Below are positions 35,801 to 47,800 of a stretch of DNA of 64,000 nt, in pieces. The notes beneath the pieces were generated by a model that was given only the letters and a program-made list of their open reading frames with translations, was not told where the DNA came from and made no database searches. Each line of letters starts with the position of its first letter. The stretch's first letter is position 1. The stretch is from Marsupella aquatica (Eukaryota > Plantae > Marchantiophyta), in the NCBI GenBank assembly GCA_973895155.1, contig OZ316892.1, forward strand, positions 3,475,223 through 3,539,222, given 5' to 3'. The position numbers were made by a program, and so were the translations under genes.

Positions 35801-38800
35801 ACTTAGAAGGTCGCTTGTTGTTAGGATTACTGAATGTTCAAGGCCGCCTACTCAAGCTACTCCTTTGGGACTTCTTGCGCCTCCGTCCAAGCTGTATTTC
35901 CAGCCCTGAAGTGTAATGTTTCCTTGCCGTTGGCTGCGACCGCGAACGCTACTTATGCGTGTTCGCGCTTGACTCACGAGTCAGGGTACTTTTCAGAAGG
36001 CATTGGACTGAGAATTGGTATTATATGCATCCGTCTTTGACTTCGATTGGGCTTCCATTGTGATGTACCGCAGCTGTTGGACATGTTGGACACCAAGGTC
36101 GGCGCAGAACAAACCATTGACAAGCTCTTGACACCACAGGTATTTTGTGGCGGTTTTCGCAGATCAATGTGTCAAGCTGTTTGTTTCGGGGTCAGCACTA
36201 GTCGGTCCATACTTAGAATTGTTTTTCCGAACGTCGGTTGCGGGCCACGAAGAAGGTAAATCTAATAGACTCAATGTTTGTACTGAATGTTTATATCCAG
36301 AAGCGGGCTCTCGTACCGGAGTTAAGTGCCCTTGAACGAGAAAATGAACTGCTGCTCATCGAGGTATGAACTAATACTGCTTGCTTCGCTTGATATTCTA
36401 GTTTCCTCAAATTTCACACATGACATACACTTGATTGGCAGACGAATGTCCGACATGAACCTTGGCCACAAAAAAGCATCGCTACAAGTCACTAACAGAT
36501 GGGGAAGGAGAGAATTACCGGGTATGATCTGAGATGTCTCGATATTTTTGCAGGTGAAAACCTATCAAAACGAACTGAAAGAGTGCCGCAACAATCTTAA
36601 TTCCTGTCTCGTGGCGAATGCTGATTTGTCAAGGTGACTATCTCGGACCTAACAATTTATTAGAATGTTTGTGGGTGATATGGGTCCAACCCTGTATCAT
36701 CCAGTAATTTGAGATTTCAGAAACCGAAGAAAAAGGAGAACCTGCAGTTTTGCGCCAATAGAGAACTGGTCAGACTTTAGACGTAAGGATTCCTCACGCA
36801 GCTCTTTGATATTCTGGAGTTAATTTTGAATGGATTGGCAGACAAGTCGATGAATTGCAAGCTACCGTGAAGCAACTTAAGAATCAGCGGTTTCAAAAGT
36901 ATGAAGAATCGAGGGAGCTGTTGGTTTCCCTCGATGAGGAGCTTCAAGACAGTTTCTTTAGCGAGGCCAGTCTTCCTCTTCCACAGGTATTTGCATTTCC
37001 CAGTAATTAAAGTCCGCGCGTAGAATTTTGCAGGTATTGAGTTAAACATGTAAAATTTCCTAACTGTGCCATTTGCATCTGATAAAGGAGGCTGCGTCGT
37101 CTGCTGACCCAACTACTGCGCATATACGACTTGAGACGGAAGAGGTGAATTTGCAGCAGAGACACGCCGTGGCGAATGTCGAAGAGCAGGTGAAGTACAT
37201 ACTTGCTATTGCAGTTCAACGTCATACAGAATGGTCCTTGATAGGCGAGGAAAGATTTTGAGGCTCTAGAATTTTTCAAATTGCCCAGGACTCTCTTGTA
37301 GGATTCATATTATGTCTTTTGTGTCTAGGTGGCCTGCGCCGATTAGAGTGACGCATTGGTGGGGGTATACTGTGTTGAATCGTCGTTCCTCTTGCAGGTA
37401 TTGGAGCTCAGGAATCAACTGAAGGAAGCTCAGGACCTGATTCAGAAGCTTTCATCAGAGGTAGAAGAGGCAAATGAGCTTTCTGACCGCAGAAAGCAAA
37501 GTACGCCTTGTGTAGCGGAGGACGATGCAGTTGTCAGACAAGGCCTTCAAGATCGATGGGAGAAGCTGCAGGAAATTGAAATGAGGCATTCCGAAGAGAT
37601 GACTCAGCTGCAGCTGGAACTTGATTCCATGGAGGAGGTTATGAGTGAGGAGAGACAGCAGCGCTTGGCAGCGGACCAAAAAATTGATGATTTGAGCAGT
37701 GAACTCAGTACTACGCTATCCAAATTGGAGCAAGCACAAAGTTTGGCGGAAGATAGCTCGACAGAAGAGAGACAGCAGCGTTTGGTGGCGGAGCAAAGAA
37801 GTGAAGAGTTGAGTAGCCAGTTGAGTGCAGCAGTAACTCAACTGCAGCTTGAGGTTGATTCGATGGAGGAGGTTTTGAGAGAGGAGAGACAGCAGCGCTT
37901 AGCAGCGGAGCAAAAAATTGCTGATTTGAGCAGTAAATTCAGTACTACCGTATCGAAATTGGAGCAAGCACAAAGTCTGGCGGAAGATAGCTCGACAGAA
38001 GAGAGGCAGCAGCGTTTGCTGGCGGAGAAAAGAAGTGAAGAGTTGAGTAGCCAGTTGAGTGAAGCAGTAACTCAACTGCAGCTGGAGGTTGATTCGATGG
38101 AGGAGCTTTTGAGAGTGGAGAGACAGCAGCGCTTGTTAGCGGAACAAAGAATTGCTGAATTGAGCAGTGAACTTAGTACTACCGTATCGAAATTGGAGCA
38201 AGCACAAAGTCTGGCGGAAGATAGCTCGACAGAAGAGAGACAGCAGCGTTTGGTGGCGGAGCAAAGAAGTGAAGAGTTGAGTAGCCAGTTGAGTGCAGCA
38301 GTAAGTCAATTGCAGCTGGAGGTTGATTCGATGGAGGAGCTTTTGAGAGTGGAGAGACAGCAGGGCTTGTTAGCGGAACAAAGAATTGCAGATTTGAGCA
38401 GTGAACTCAGTACTACGCTATCCAAATTGGAGCAAGCACAAAGTTTGGCGGAAGATAGCTCGACAGAAGAGAGACAGCAGCGTTTGGTGGCGGAGCAAAG
38501 AAGTGAAGAGTTGAGTAGCCAGTTGCGTGCAGGAGTAACTCAACTGCAGCTGGAGGTTGATTCGATGGAGGAGCTTTTGAGAGTGGAGAGACAGCAGCGC
38601 TTGTTAGCGGAACAAAGAATTGCTGAATTGAGCAGTGAACTCAGTACTACCGTATCGAAATTGGAGCAAGCACAAAGTCTGGCGGAAGATAGCTCGACAG
38701 AAGAGAGACAGCAGCGTTTGGTGGCGGAGCAAAGAAGTGAAGAGTTGAGCCAGTTGAGTGCAGCAGTAACTCAACTGCAGCTGGAGGTTGATTCGATGGA

Positions 38801-41800
38801 GGAGCTTTTGGGAGTGGAGAGACAGCAGCGCTTGGCAGCGGACCAAAAAATCGCTGATTTGAGCAGTGAACTCAGTACTACGCTTTCCAAATTGGAGCAA
38901 GCGCAAAATTTGGCGGAAGATAGCTCACTAGAAGAGAGGCAACAGCGTTTGATGGCGGAGCAAAGAATTCAAGAATTGAGTCGTCAGTTGAGTGCTGCAG
39001 TATCTAAACTAGAGGAAGCACATTGTCTCGTGGAGGCACTTGAGGGACAGCAGTTGTTCTCAATAAATGAACTGGAGAATCTGCAATCAGAACATATGAA
39101 GCTCTTGAAGAAGATGAAGGAACAAGAGGAAGGAGAAGACCAGCTTCAAAAACAATTGCAGGATGAGAACACAGTGGACGATGCGGCTGTGTCTATCCTC
39201 GAGCAGAAGTTGCTGAGAGCTAAAAGAGGAAAGGAGGAAGCAAGGCGGATCAACAGGCAATTTCAGCAGGACCAAGCATCAAGGATGGCGTTGGATAAGG
39301 AGAGGGAGTTGACAATGTCAGAAGTGGAAACACAGGCCGCTTTAGCAATAACCACATTGCAGTCTGAAATCCTCGAGCTGAGGGAGGATGTCTCTGTTGC
39401 CGTTGAGTCTGAGGCTACCGCAAAGCTGCAAATCTCTCACTTACAGAAAGAGGTGGAAAGTCTGCAACGGACCATCGGAGAGCTCGAAGATATCAATAGA
39501 TGTTTCTCTGATAAATCAGAGGAATATAGAAATCTGCTTGAAGAAAGAAACACCCAGCTTCAAGGTCTTGAGGTGGACTGGGAAAGCTCAGCTTCTAAAC
39601 TGATTGATTTCCTTTCTGAAGGGGACGAAGCACTATCAGAGGCTGTCCGAGAGATGGAGGAGATCAAACAGACGAAAATCCAAGGGATCACTCAAATGCA
39701 CGACAACCATGTCGTGGAGAAGCGAGATACAGCTGAACCCGTTGACCACAGTTTACAAGGTGTTCACGGAATGGGCAGAGAAGAAGACAGCGAGGTAAGG
39801 ACTCAAAGTGATGCGAAAGCCACAGAAACTACAAACTTTGCGTTTGAGGATGGCGAAGCTATGATCCGAGAGGCAGAGAAGAAGTCAATGGCTGCCTTTT
39901 TGATGGTTAAGGAGCTTCTTGAGAGAATAAAAGACCTGAAGTCAGCTCAGCATAGACTGGTACAAGAAACCCAAGAGGCATTCTTAAGAGAGGCCTCTAA
40001 AGACAACCAGGCTGCTGCACTAATACAGCAACTTGACGAACTGCGTCGCCGATACGGAGAGCTTCAAGCTGAAAATGAGCTGGTGATTGGGGAACAAGAG
40101 GATTTGAGACAAGAGAATCGTACAAAATCGCTGCAGTTGGAGAGCCGGAACGATTTGAAAGCAGACTGCATCAGGCTGGAGAAGGAAATCCAGGAGTCAT
40201 GCAGGGCAATCGAAGAGAAGGATGTAGAGAATCGAAATTTGCATCGACAACTGAACGAAAATCATGTTCAGTCCACGCTGCTGTCTGATCAGTATCAGCT
40301 GCTAGCGGCAGCGCATGAGAAATCGCAAGAGGAGCAGGCGAGATATCTTGAAGACAACGCCTTGAAGGTTAGAGAATGGGAGGAACAGGTTAGACTGGCC
40401 GAGAGGAAAGCTATGGCAGTACTTGCTGTCGGTGAACAACTTCTGGGCGGCAGGAATGACTTGAAGGCGTCAAATATGAGCCTGGCGAAGGAGATGCAAG
40501 ACGGACATTTTTTACTGGCGGAAAAGCAGGCAGCTCTTGATACCATAGAGCACAAACTTGAGCAGAGCGCTCTTCAGTACAAGGAGATTGCTGACCAGTA
40601 TGAATTGCTCGCGGAGACGAATGTGAACTTGCAACAAGAGCACAGCAGATTGCTTGCAGAAGCGGCTGTCAGAGTGGAGGAAGGGGAAGCTTTAGTGAAT
40701 TTATCAGAGCGGAAGGCAATGGCTGCATTTGTTGTGCTCAAGGATATGCAGGAGAGAGTTAAAGAGCTTCAGACGACAAATACTCGTCTCACAATGGAAA
40801 TTGGAGAGGCACATGTGACAGCGAGAGAGAAGGATGCCGCACTCGTTTCTCTGCAAAATGAATTGTGTGAGTACTCGGATGTTGCTACGAGACACCACGT
40901 ACTGGAGGAGGCGCATGAGAGCCTCCGACAAAACCATGAGAGACTGCTTGCAGAAACTGCCCTGAGAGTCGAGGAAGGGGAAGCTTTAGTGAAGTTGTCA
41001 GAGCGAAAGGCAATGGCTGCATTTGTTGTGCTCGAGGATCTGCTGGAGAGAGTGAAAGAGCTTCAGACGAGAAATAATTGTCTGTCAATGGAAATTGGAG
41101 AGGCACATGTGACATCTGGAGAGAAGGATTCCGCACTGGCTGCTCTGCAAAATCAACTGTCTGAGTACTCCGACGCTACAACGAGACACCATGTACTGGA
41201 GGTAGCACATGAGAACCTCCAACACGACCATGAGAGCTTGCTTGCAGAATTGGCTCTGAGAGTGGAAGAAGGGGAAGCTTTAGTGAATGACTTGAAGGCG
41301 TCAAATATGAGCCTGGCGAAGGTGATTCAAGACGGACGTTTGTTACTGGCGGAAAAGCAGGCAGCTCTTGATACCATAGAGCAGAAACTTGAGCAGAACG
41401 CTCTTCAGTACAAGGAGATTGCTGACCAGTATGAATTGCTCGCGGAGACGAATGTGAACTTGCAACAAGAGCACAGCAGATTGCTTGCAGAAGCGGCTGT
41501 CAGAGTGGAGGAAGGGGAAGCTTTAGTGAACTTGTCCGAGCGGAAGGCAATGGCTGCATTTGTCCTGCTCGAGGATTTGCTGGAGAGAGTAAAAGAGCTT
41601 CAGACGACAAATACGTGTCTGGCCAAGGAAATTGAAGAGGGTCATGTGAAACTGGCTGAGAAAAATACCGCACTGGCTGCTCTGCAAAATGAACTGTCTG
41701 ATTACTCGGATGTTGCCAGGAGGCACCAGGTACTACACGAAGCACATGAGAATCTGCAACAAGACCATGAGAGATTGCTGCAGGAGCATGTCCTCAGCAC

Positions 41801-44800
41801 TGTAGATGGGGACCAGGCAGTTAAGCTGTGCGAGAAGAGGGCGATGGCTACATTAGTGATTCTAAGGCAGGTTTTGGATGGTAAGAAAGAGTTGCAGGAA
41901 GAAACTGAGAGACAGGAGAGGAAAATTCAAGAGGCGCACGTTGCATTGGCAGAGAAAAATGCAAAATTTCTTGCTCTGGAGCAGAAGCTGGAGCAGAGCA
42001 GTTACCAGTCCTCGGATATCGCTGACAAACATCAGCTGCTGATTTGCGCGCATGATATACTGCGAGAACAGCACGAGAGACTCCAAGAGGAGTTTGACAA
42101 GGCACGAGAACGGCACGAGATACTGGAAGAAGAGCTCGTGAAAGGACGGGAAGAGCAAGAGGGACTGCGACAGAAGCTCGAGAAGGAACAAGAAGAGCTT
42201 GAGGGATTGCGTAAAGAGCTGGTGACAGCACTTGAGGATTATGAGAGAATCGTGGGAGAAAGTGTACTGACCACTGAGGAACAGGAACGGATGATCAAGT
42301 TGTCGGAGAAGAAAGCGATGGTTTCTTTAATCTTAGTTGAGCATGTGATGGAAACATTGGAGGTCCTGAAAGTAACCAAATTGACTCTTGAGAACAAAAT
42401 TGACGAAGAACATGTTGCGCAGTCACAGAAGGAGTCAAGGCTGCAACGTCAACTGGAAGAAAGCCAGGCGTTCCAGAAGGCTGTTTGCGATGAAAATCAA
42501 TTCCTGCTGGAGAAGCAGGGGAGCCTACAGCAACAACTTGCCGTCTTGGAATTAGGCCTCAGAAATTCCGATTCCGAGGTGAGATTATTCGAGGAGATGT
42601 CAGTGACTGCGGAACAGCAGTATACTGCAGCGTACAATGAGGCGCTAAGTACTATGATGAAAGCGAATTCCCTCCTGGAGATGAAAGGCGTTGAGAGCCT
42701 GGAATTGTTCATGGCAAGTGTAAGGGATGGACTCGAGGTGTTCTGTGAGGAAGTCTCCACTGTCGAAGAAGCGGTAGCACAGCTTGGAACTGTTGGAAGA
42801 GAGCTTGGTACTTGTCGATCTAAGGTATTAATGCTGGAAGAAGAAAATGGCAGGAATTTGTCAGCAATTGAGAGTTATCAGACAAAGATTTCCCAACTTG
42901 TTATGGCTCTTCAGCTCAAGGAAAGAGATCTGACAGTGACACTAGAGAAGGAGACTACATGTAACAAGAATTGGGAAGCAGAGAGGGCCACATTGGTTTT
43001 TGAGAACGAGAAATCGGTACGCGATTGCCTTGAAAGTGAGAAGTTGGTGCAGAGCCTCCTTTTGGAAGTGCAAAAACTTGACTCGAGTGTAAAGGAGGCA
43101 GAGCTAAAGATTTCCGACATGGTGACAAGTGTTCAAGTGCTGACTGTTGCGAAGCAAGAGCTCGATTTAGAGAACAGTAGATTAGTACTTGCTGCACGTC
43201 AAGGTGAGACGAATTTTGGTGAGAAAGAAATGCATATAATCGCTATCCAGGGTGATCTGGCTGACATACGAGCCAGACTTAGTGCAGCAGAGCTGCGGGA
43301 GCATTCCGCATCCGAACGAATGGAGGAGCTGACAGTAGCTACGCTGGAGTGGGAGATCGAGAGGGCTGTCGTGGAACAGGAACTGCTACGGCTGAGAGAG
43401 GAGAAGCACAAACTTCGATCACAAGTTAGTCATTTGAAGTTAGAGATGGAGAAAAGGGAGATTTCAACACTGGAGAGCTTCAGAAGAAGTCAGGAAGCCT
43501 TGGAAGTGGCGGAAGCTCGAATGACAGCAATGGATGAAGAGCTGAGAAGCTTGGAAATGTCCAAGGGCAAGCTGGAGCATGGTATGGCATTGCTGGAGGC
43601 AGCTGCATCGGGTGACGCGTTTGCTGTGGAAGAGAAGGAGCTCGAATGCCTTGAAATGAAGAGACAACTCGGGATTGTTGTGACCCAGATTAATCAACTG
43701 CAAACTGCTATTGACTTGGCAGCTGCTCAATTTGCTCTCGAGATGAGCAACGGGGGAATGCAAGAGGGGAAATGCGCAGGTGACATACAACCGCGAGAAG
43801 AAATTCTATCCGCTGATCTGGTGTCTACACAAGGGAGCCTGACAACTGAAGTGCAGCGTCTGGAATCGAGTTTAAAGCTAACCGAGTTCCGGGTCATAGA
43901 GATGCTGAAGGGTGTTAAGGCCTTGACAGTCGCCGTTGAAGAACTGGAACTCGAGAAGAGCAGGCTGGTCCTTGCTGCTAGCCAAGCTGACATGCGCTGC
44001 ACAGAGAAAGAGGAGGAACTCGTTGCTACTCAGGGAGACCTTGCTGGCCTACGATCCAAATTGGAAGAAGCGGAGCTGCACGAGAAGTTTCTATGCGGAC
44101 AAATGGAGGAGCTGACTGGAGCAAAACTACAATGGGAGGTTGAGAGGGCAGACACAAAGCGTGTAATCGAGGAGATGAGTCAGGAGAAAGATAGGCTTCG
44201 ATTTGATTTAAGTGATGTAAATGCGGAGGTGGAAGAACGAGAGAGAGCTATATTTGACAGTTTTAGACGGAGTCAACAGGCCTTGGAAAGAGAAGAAGGT
44301 CGATTGATAACAATGGAACAGGAGATGCGAGGGCTAGAAATGTCTCAGCAGAATCTGGAACATGATCTTGCATTGTTGGATTCAGCTGCTACCACCAGCT
44401 CCGTCGCATTGGAAGAAAAGGAGCAAAAATATCTCGAAATGCAGAGACGAGTCGAGAATGCCGAGGGCCAGATGTGTGAAATGCAAGCTTTCGCTGATTC
44501 AGTTATGGCTCAGGTTGTGCAGGAAAGGGACAATTGGGAAGCCAACAAGAGAAGAATGAAGGATGAAAATGATGCCCGTGAAACAGAGCTGCGAGAAGAG
44601 ATTGCCGCTGCTGAGTTGAAATTAGTTGCAACCGAAGGAAGCTTGAAAGTCGCAGTTGAGAACGTAGAAGATCTTGGTTTGAGTGTTAGAGCGCTTGAGG
44701 ATGAAATCCTTACGCTGAATGAGGATGCCAAAATATCTCTGTTGAAGGTTACAGAGCAACAGCAGCAAATGGAAACCCTGCGGGAAATGTCGATGGCACT

Positions 44801-47800
44801 TAAAGCACAGTGTACAGAAGCAGATGACAGCATTGCTGCTCTGAATCAGTTAAGAGAACAGTACCTTCTGGCAGAAGCGAGCTGGAGATCGGAACAGGAG
44901 CTTCTTACCAAGAAACTCGAGGAGTTGGAGGTCTCGGCCGGACAAACAAAAGGTGAAGCTGTCAGCAACGAAGGCTCTGGTGTTTCTAAAAATAGAGGAG
45001 AGCTGAGCCAATGCTTGACTGAGTGCATCCCAAGATCGGAAGATCAGAAACTTTTCGATGAGGCACATCAATTTAGCAGGGAAAAGCAGGAAATCCAAAT
45101 GTTGAGAGCCAAGATCTCTGAGAAGGAAAGTACCATTCTTTCGGCAAAGAAAGAGATGCAGATAGCAATTGCAAATCTGAAGGAAGCAGAACTGGAGATG
45201 GACAAGGTTCATCGTGAAAACCACAGGTTGACGCAAATCCAGCTCGAGAATACGAGTCTAATCGACAGCCTTTCTTCGAAGTTGAAGACTGCCGAGGAAG
45301 AACTACTCAAGCAAAATATCGAAAATGAAGAATTTGAGACCGAGCTCCAGAAAGTAGTGGGCGTCATGTCTGATTGGGAAACAGACATGCGCGATGTGGA
45401 AATTGAATGGAGCAAAGAGAAGGAAGCCCTTGCTCAGGAGCTAACTGAAGCGCAACTTGTCGCAAACGAAAATAGGACTGAAGCTCGTGCTTTGCTTCAG
45501 AAATTCCAGGATGGTCAGGCGACTTTGAAAGAAGCTGCAAATCGTGAAAACGACAGATTGACGCTAATCCAGCTCGAGAGTACGAGTCTAATCGACAGCC
45601 TTTCTTTGAAGTTGAAGACTACCGAGGAAGAACTACTCAAGCGAGATATCAAAATTGAAGGATGTGAGATCGAGCTCCAAAAAGTAGTGGGCGTCATGTC
45701 CGATTGGGAAACAAACATGCACGATGTGGAAATTGAATGGAGGAAAGAGAAGGAAGCCCTTGCTCAGGAGCTAACTGAAGCAAAACTTGTTGCAAACGAG
45801 AAAAGGACCGAAGCTGGTGCTTTGCTTCAAAAATTCCAGGATGGTCAGGCGACTTTGAAAGAAGCTACAGATCTTGTGGATGCACTTGTCAAAGCTAATG
45901 AGAATGCAAAGCATGATGCACTAGACTGGAAAACCGAAAAGGACAGTCTCCGGATTGTGCAAGGATGGTGGATGCCTGAGCGGGACAAGCTGGTTTCCAA
46001 GGTTGCAACACTGGAAACTGATATGCATACACAAAAACAAGACATGTGGATAATGTGTAAGGAGGAGGTGAATGGCTTGGTTGCAACGATGGATCTCCTC
46101 TTGGCTGTCGATAAGGAGCTCTCTGAACTGAAGAATCACCATCAGCAGGATTTGGATCATCTTGCTTTTGAGATGAAAGCCCTGCAGGGTGATCTGGTAG
46201 CTCGGCTCCTCGATCTGGAAGGCGATATGATGAGCAGCTTCGAGGACACCCAAACCGTTGTCTATGAACTGACATCTAAAAACCGGGCACTGAAAGACCT
46301 TGCTGATCTCGAGGTTGTGAAAGAGCAAAGCACTGCCGCGTCGCTTGAGACGATGAATAGCGAACTAAAAGCTGTGGAAAATGAGCGCGACAAATATCAA
46401 AGTGATCTTGTCGTCCTTAACGAACAGCTTGGAATGGCCCAGATTCTAGCTGAGCAGCGTGAAATAGTTGCTGCAGAGGAGGCTCGGATTTTGGAACGAA
46501 CCGTGGAGGAACTTGAGAGGACTGTATCTGCGCTCGAGAGCCAAGTATGTCGAAACTATATACAGAAAACCGAGATGTTTCTATGATTTCATTTCATTGC
46601 CTTAATCCTACGAGTTGTTCATGTACTAGCGAGTCGATGTCCGACAATTCCGCTCGATATTGTGAAACGAGAGTGGGAAAGACAATGCGTGATAACTGAT
46701 GGGAGTGCATTCTTAATGAGTCGTTGAAGATTGATTTTTTTTTTTTCTATGCACGTTTTTTCAATTGGCTGGCCAGGCCGCAGAACGGAGTAAAAGTCTT
46801 GCGGGACAGAAGGAAGAGGAGGCTCGGATCTTGGAACGATCAGTGGACGAACTCGAGAGGACTGTATCTGCGCTCGAGAGCCAAGTATGTGGAAACTACC
46901 TGCAAACAAGTAACCGAGATGTTTCTATTCTTTCTTTCCGTTGCTTTAGTCCTACGAGTTGTTGATGTACTAACCAGTCGATGTCCGTCAATTCAGCTCG
47001 ATACTATGAAACAGGAGTCGGAAAGACAACGCGTTGCGAGGGACGCTCTTGAGAAGGAACTGAAGGCCTTGAAGCTCGAGATGGGATTGATGCAGGTAAC
47101 GTTAGAAAGTCAGGAGGCTCAAACAGTGCGGGACATTCAAGGTGCAGAGACCTCGAAAACCGAGCTTTACAGGTACTTGAGTTATTCTATCGCAGCGGGC
47201 ATTGTTCTCTATATCTATCCGGATTTTATTTTCCAGTGTTTTTTGTAGGAAGTTTGGTTCTGAGTTGTGTTTCTTTCGAATACCAGGACTGTAATCGAAA
47301 TGAAGAATCAGCAGATTCAGGCCCGTAAAGCGGTTGAAAGTTTGCAGCAGGAATGTGCTGAGAAGGAAGTTCAGGTATTACTTCGTATATATGTATATCT
47401 GGTGCAGACAAGTTCCTTATACAATTTTTTGAACATCCGTTTGTCGTTGCCACAAGAGTTCATACGTGCTGAAGCATCATCCTCATCTTTGCAGTTAAGA
47501 AGCTGCAAAGCGCATATTGCAGAGTTGATGTTGGGAGCTGAAAAACAAGCGTCCGAAAATCAACAGAAGGTAGTGATTCTGATTATCACATGTTCAATTG
47601 TTGTGATGCCTGAGTACCAAAATGACTCGGAACGGATGCAATGATGTTACTGTCTTGTCTGGTGCAGCTGAAAACGCTTGAAACAATGGTGGAACATCTC
47701 AAGGTGGAAGAACGTAAAGTGAATCCTGCTGGTGGGTCAGTAAGTAAAGCGGTTGAGAAGACCACAGGCAAGGTTAAAGGAGCTGGTTCACCATTTAAGT

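Noticed and set aside
37455-46328. Numerous minus-strand ORFs within the kinesin exon
   Set aside because: Antisense shadows of E/Q/L-rich repetitive coding sequence.
37356-46586. Stand-alone 3076-aa protein
   Set aside because: It is an internal exon of the kinesin (AG at 37396-37397, GT at 46545); both ORF ends run into introns.
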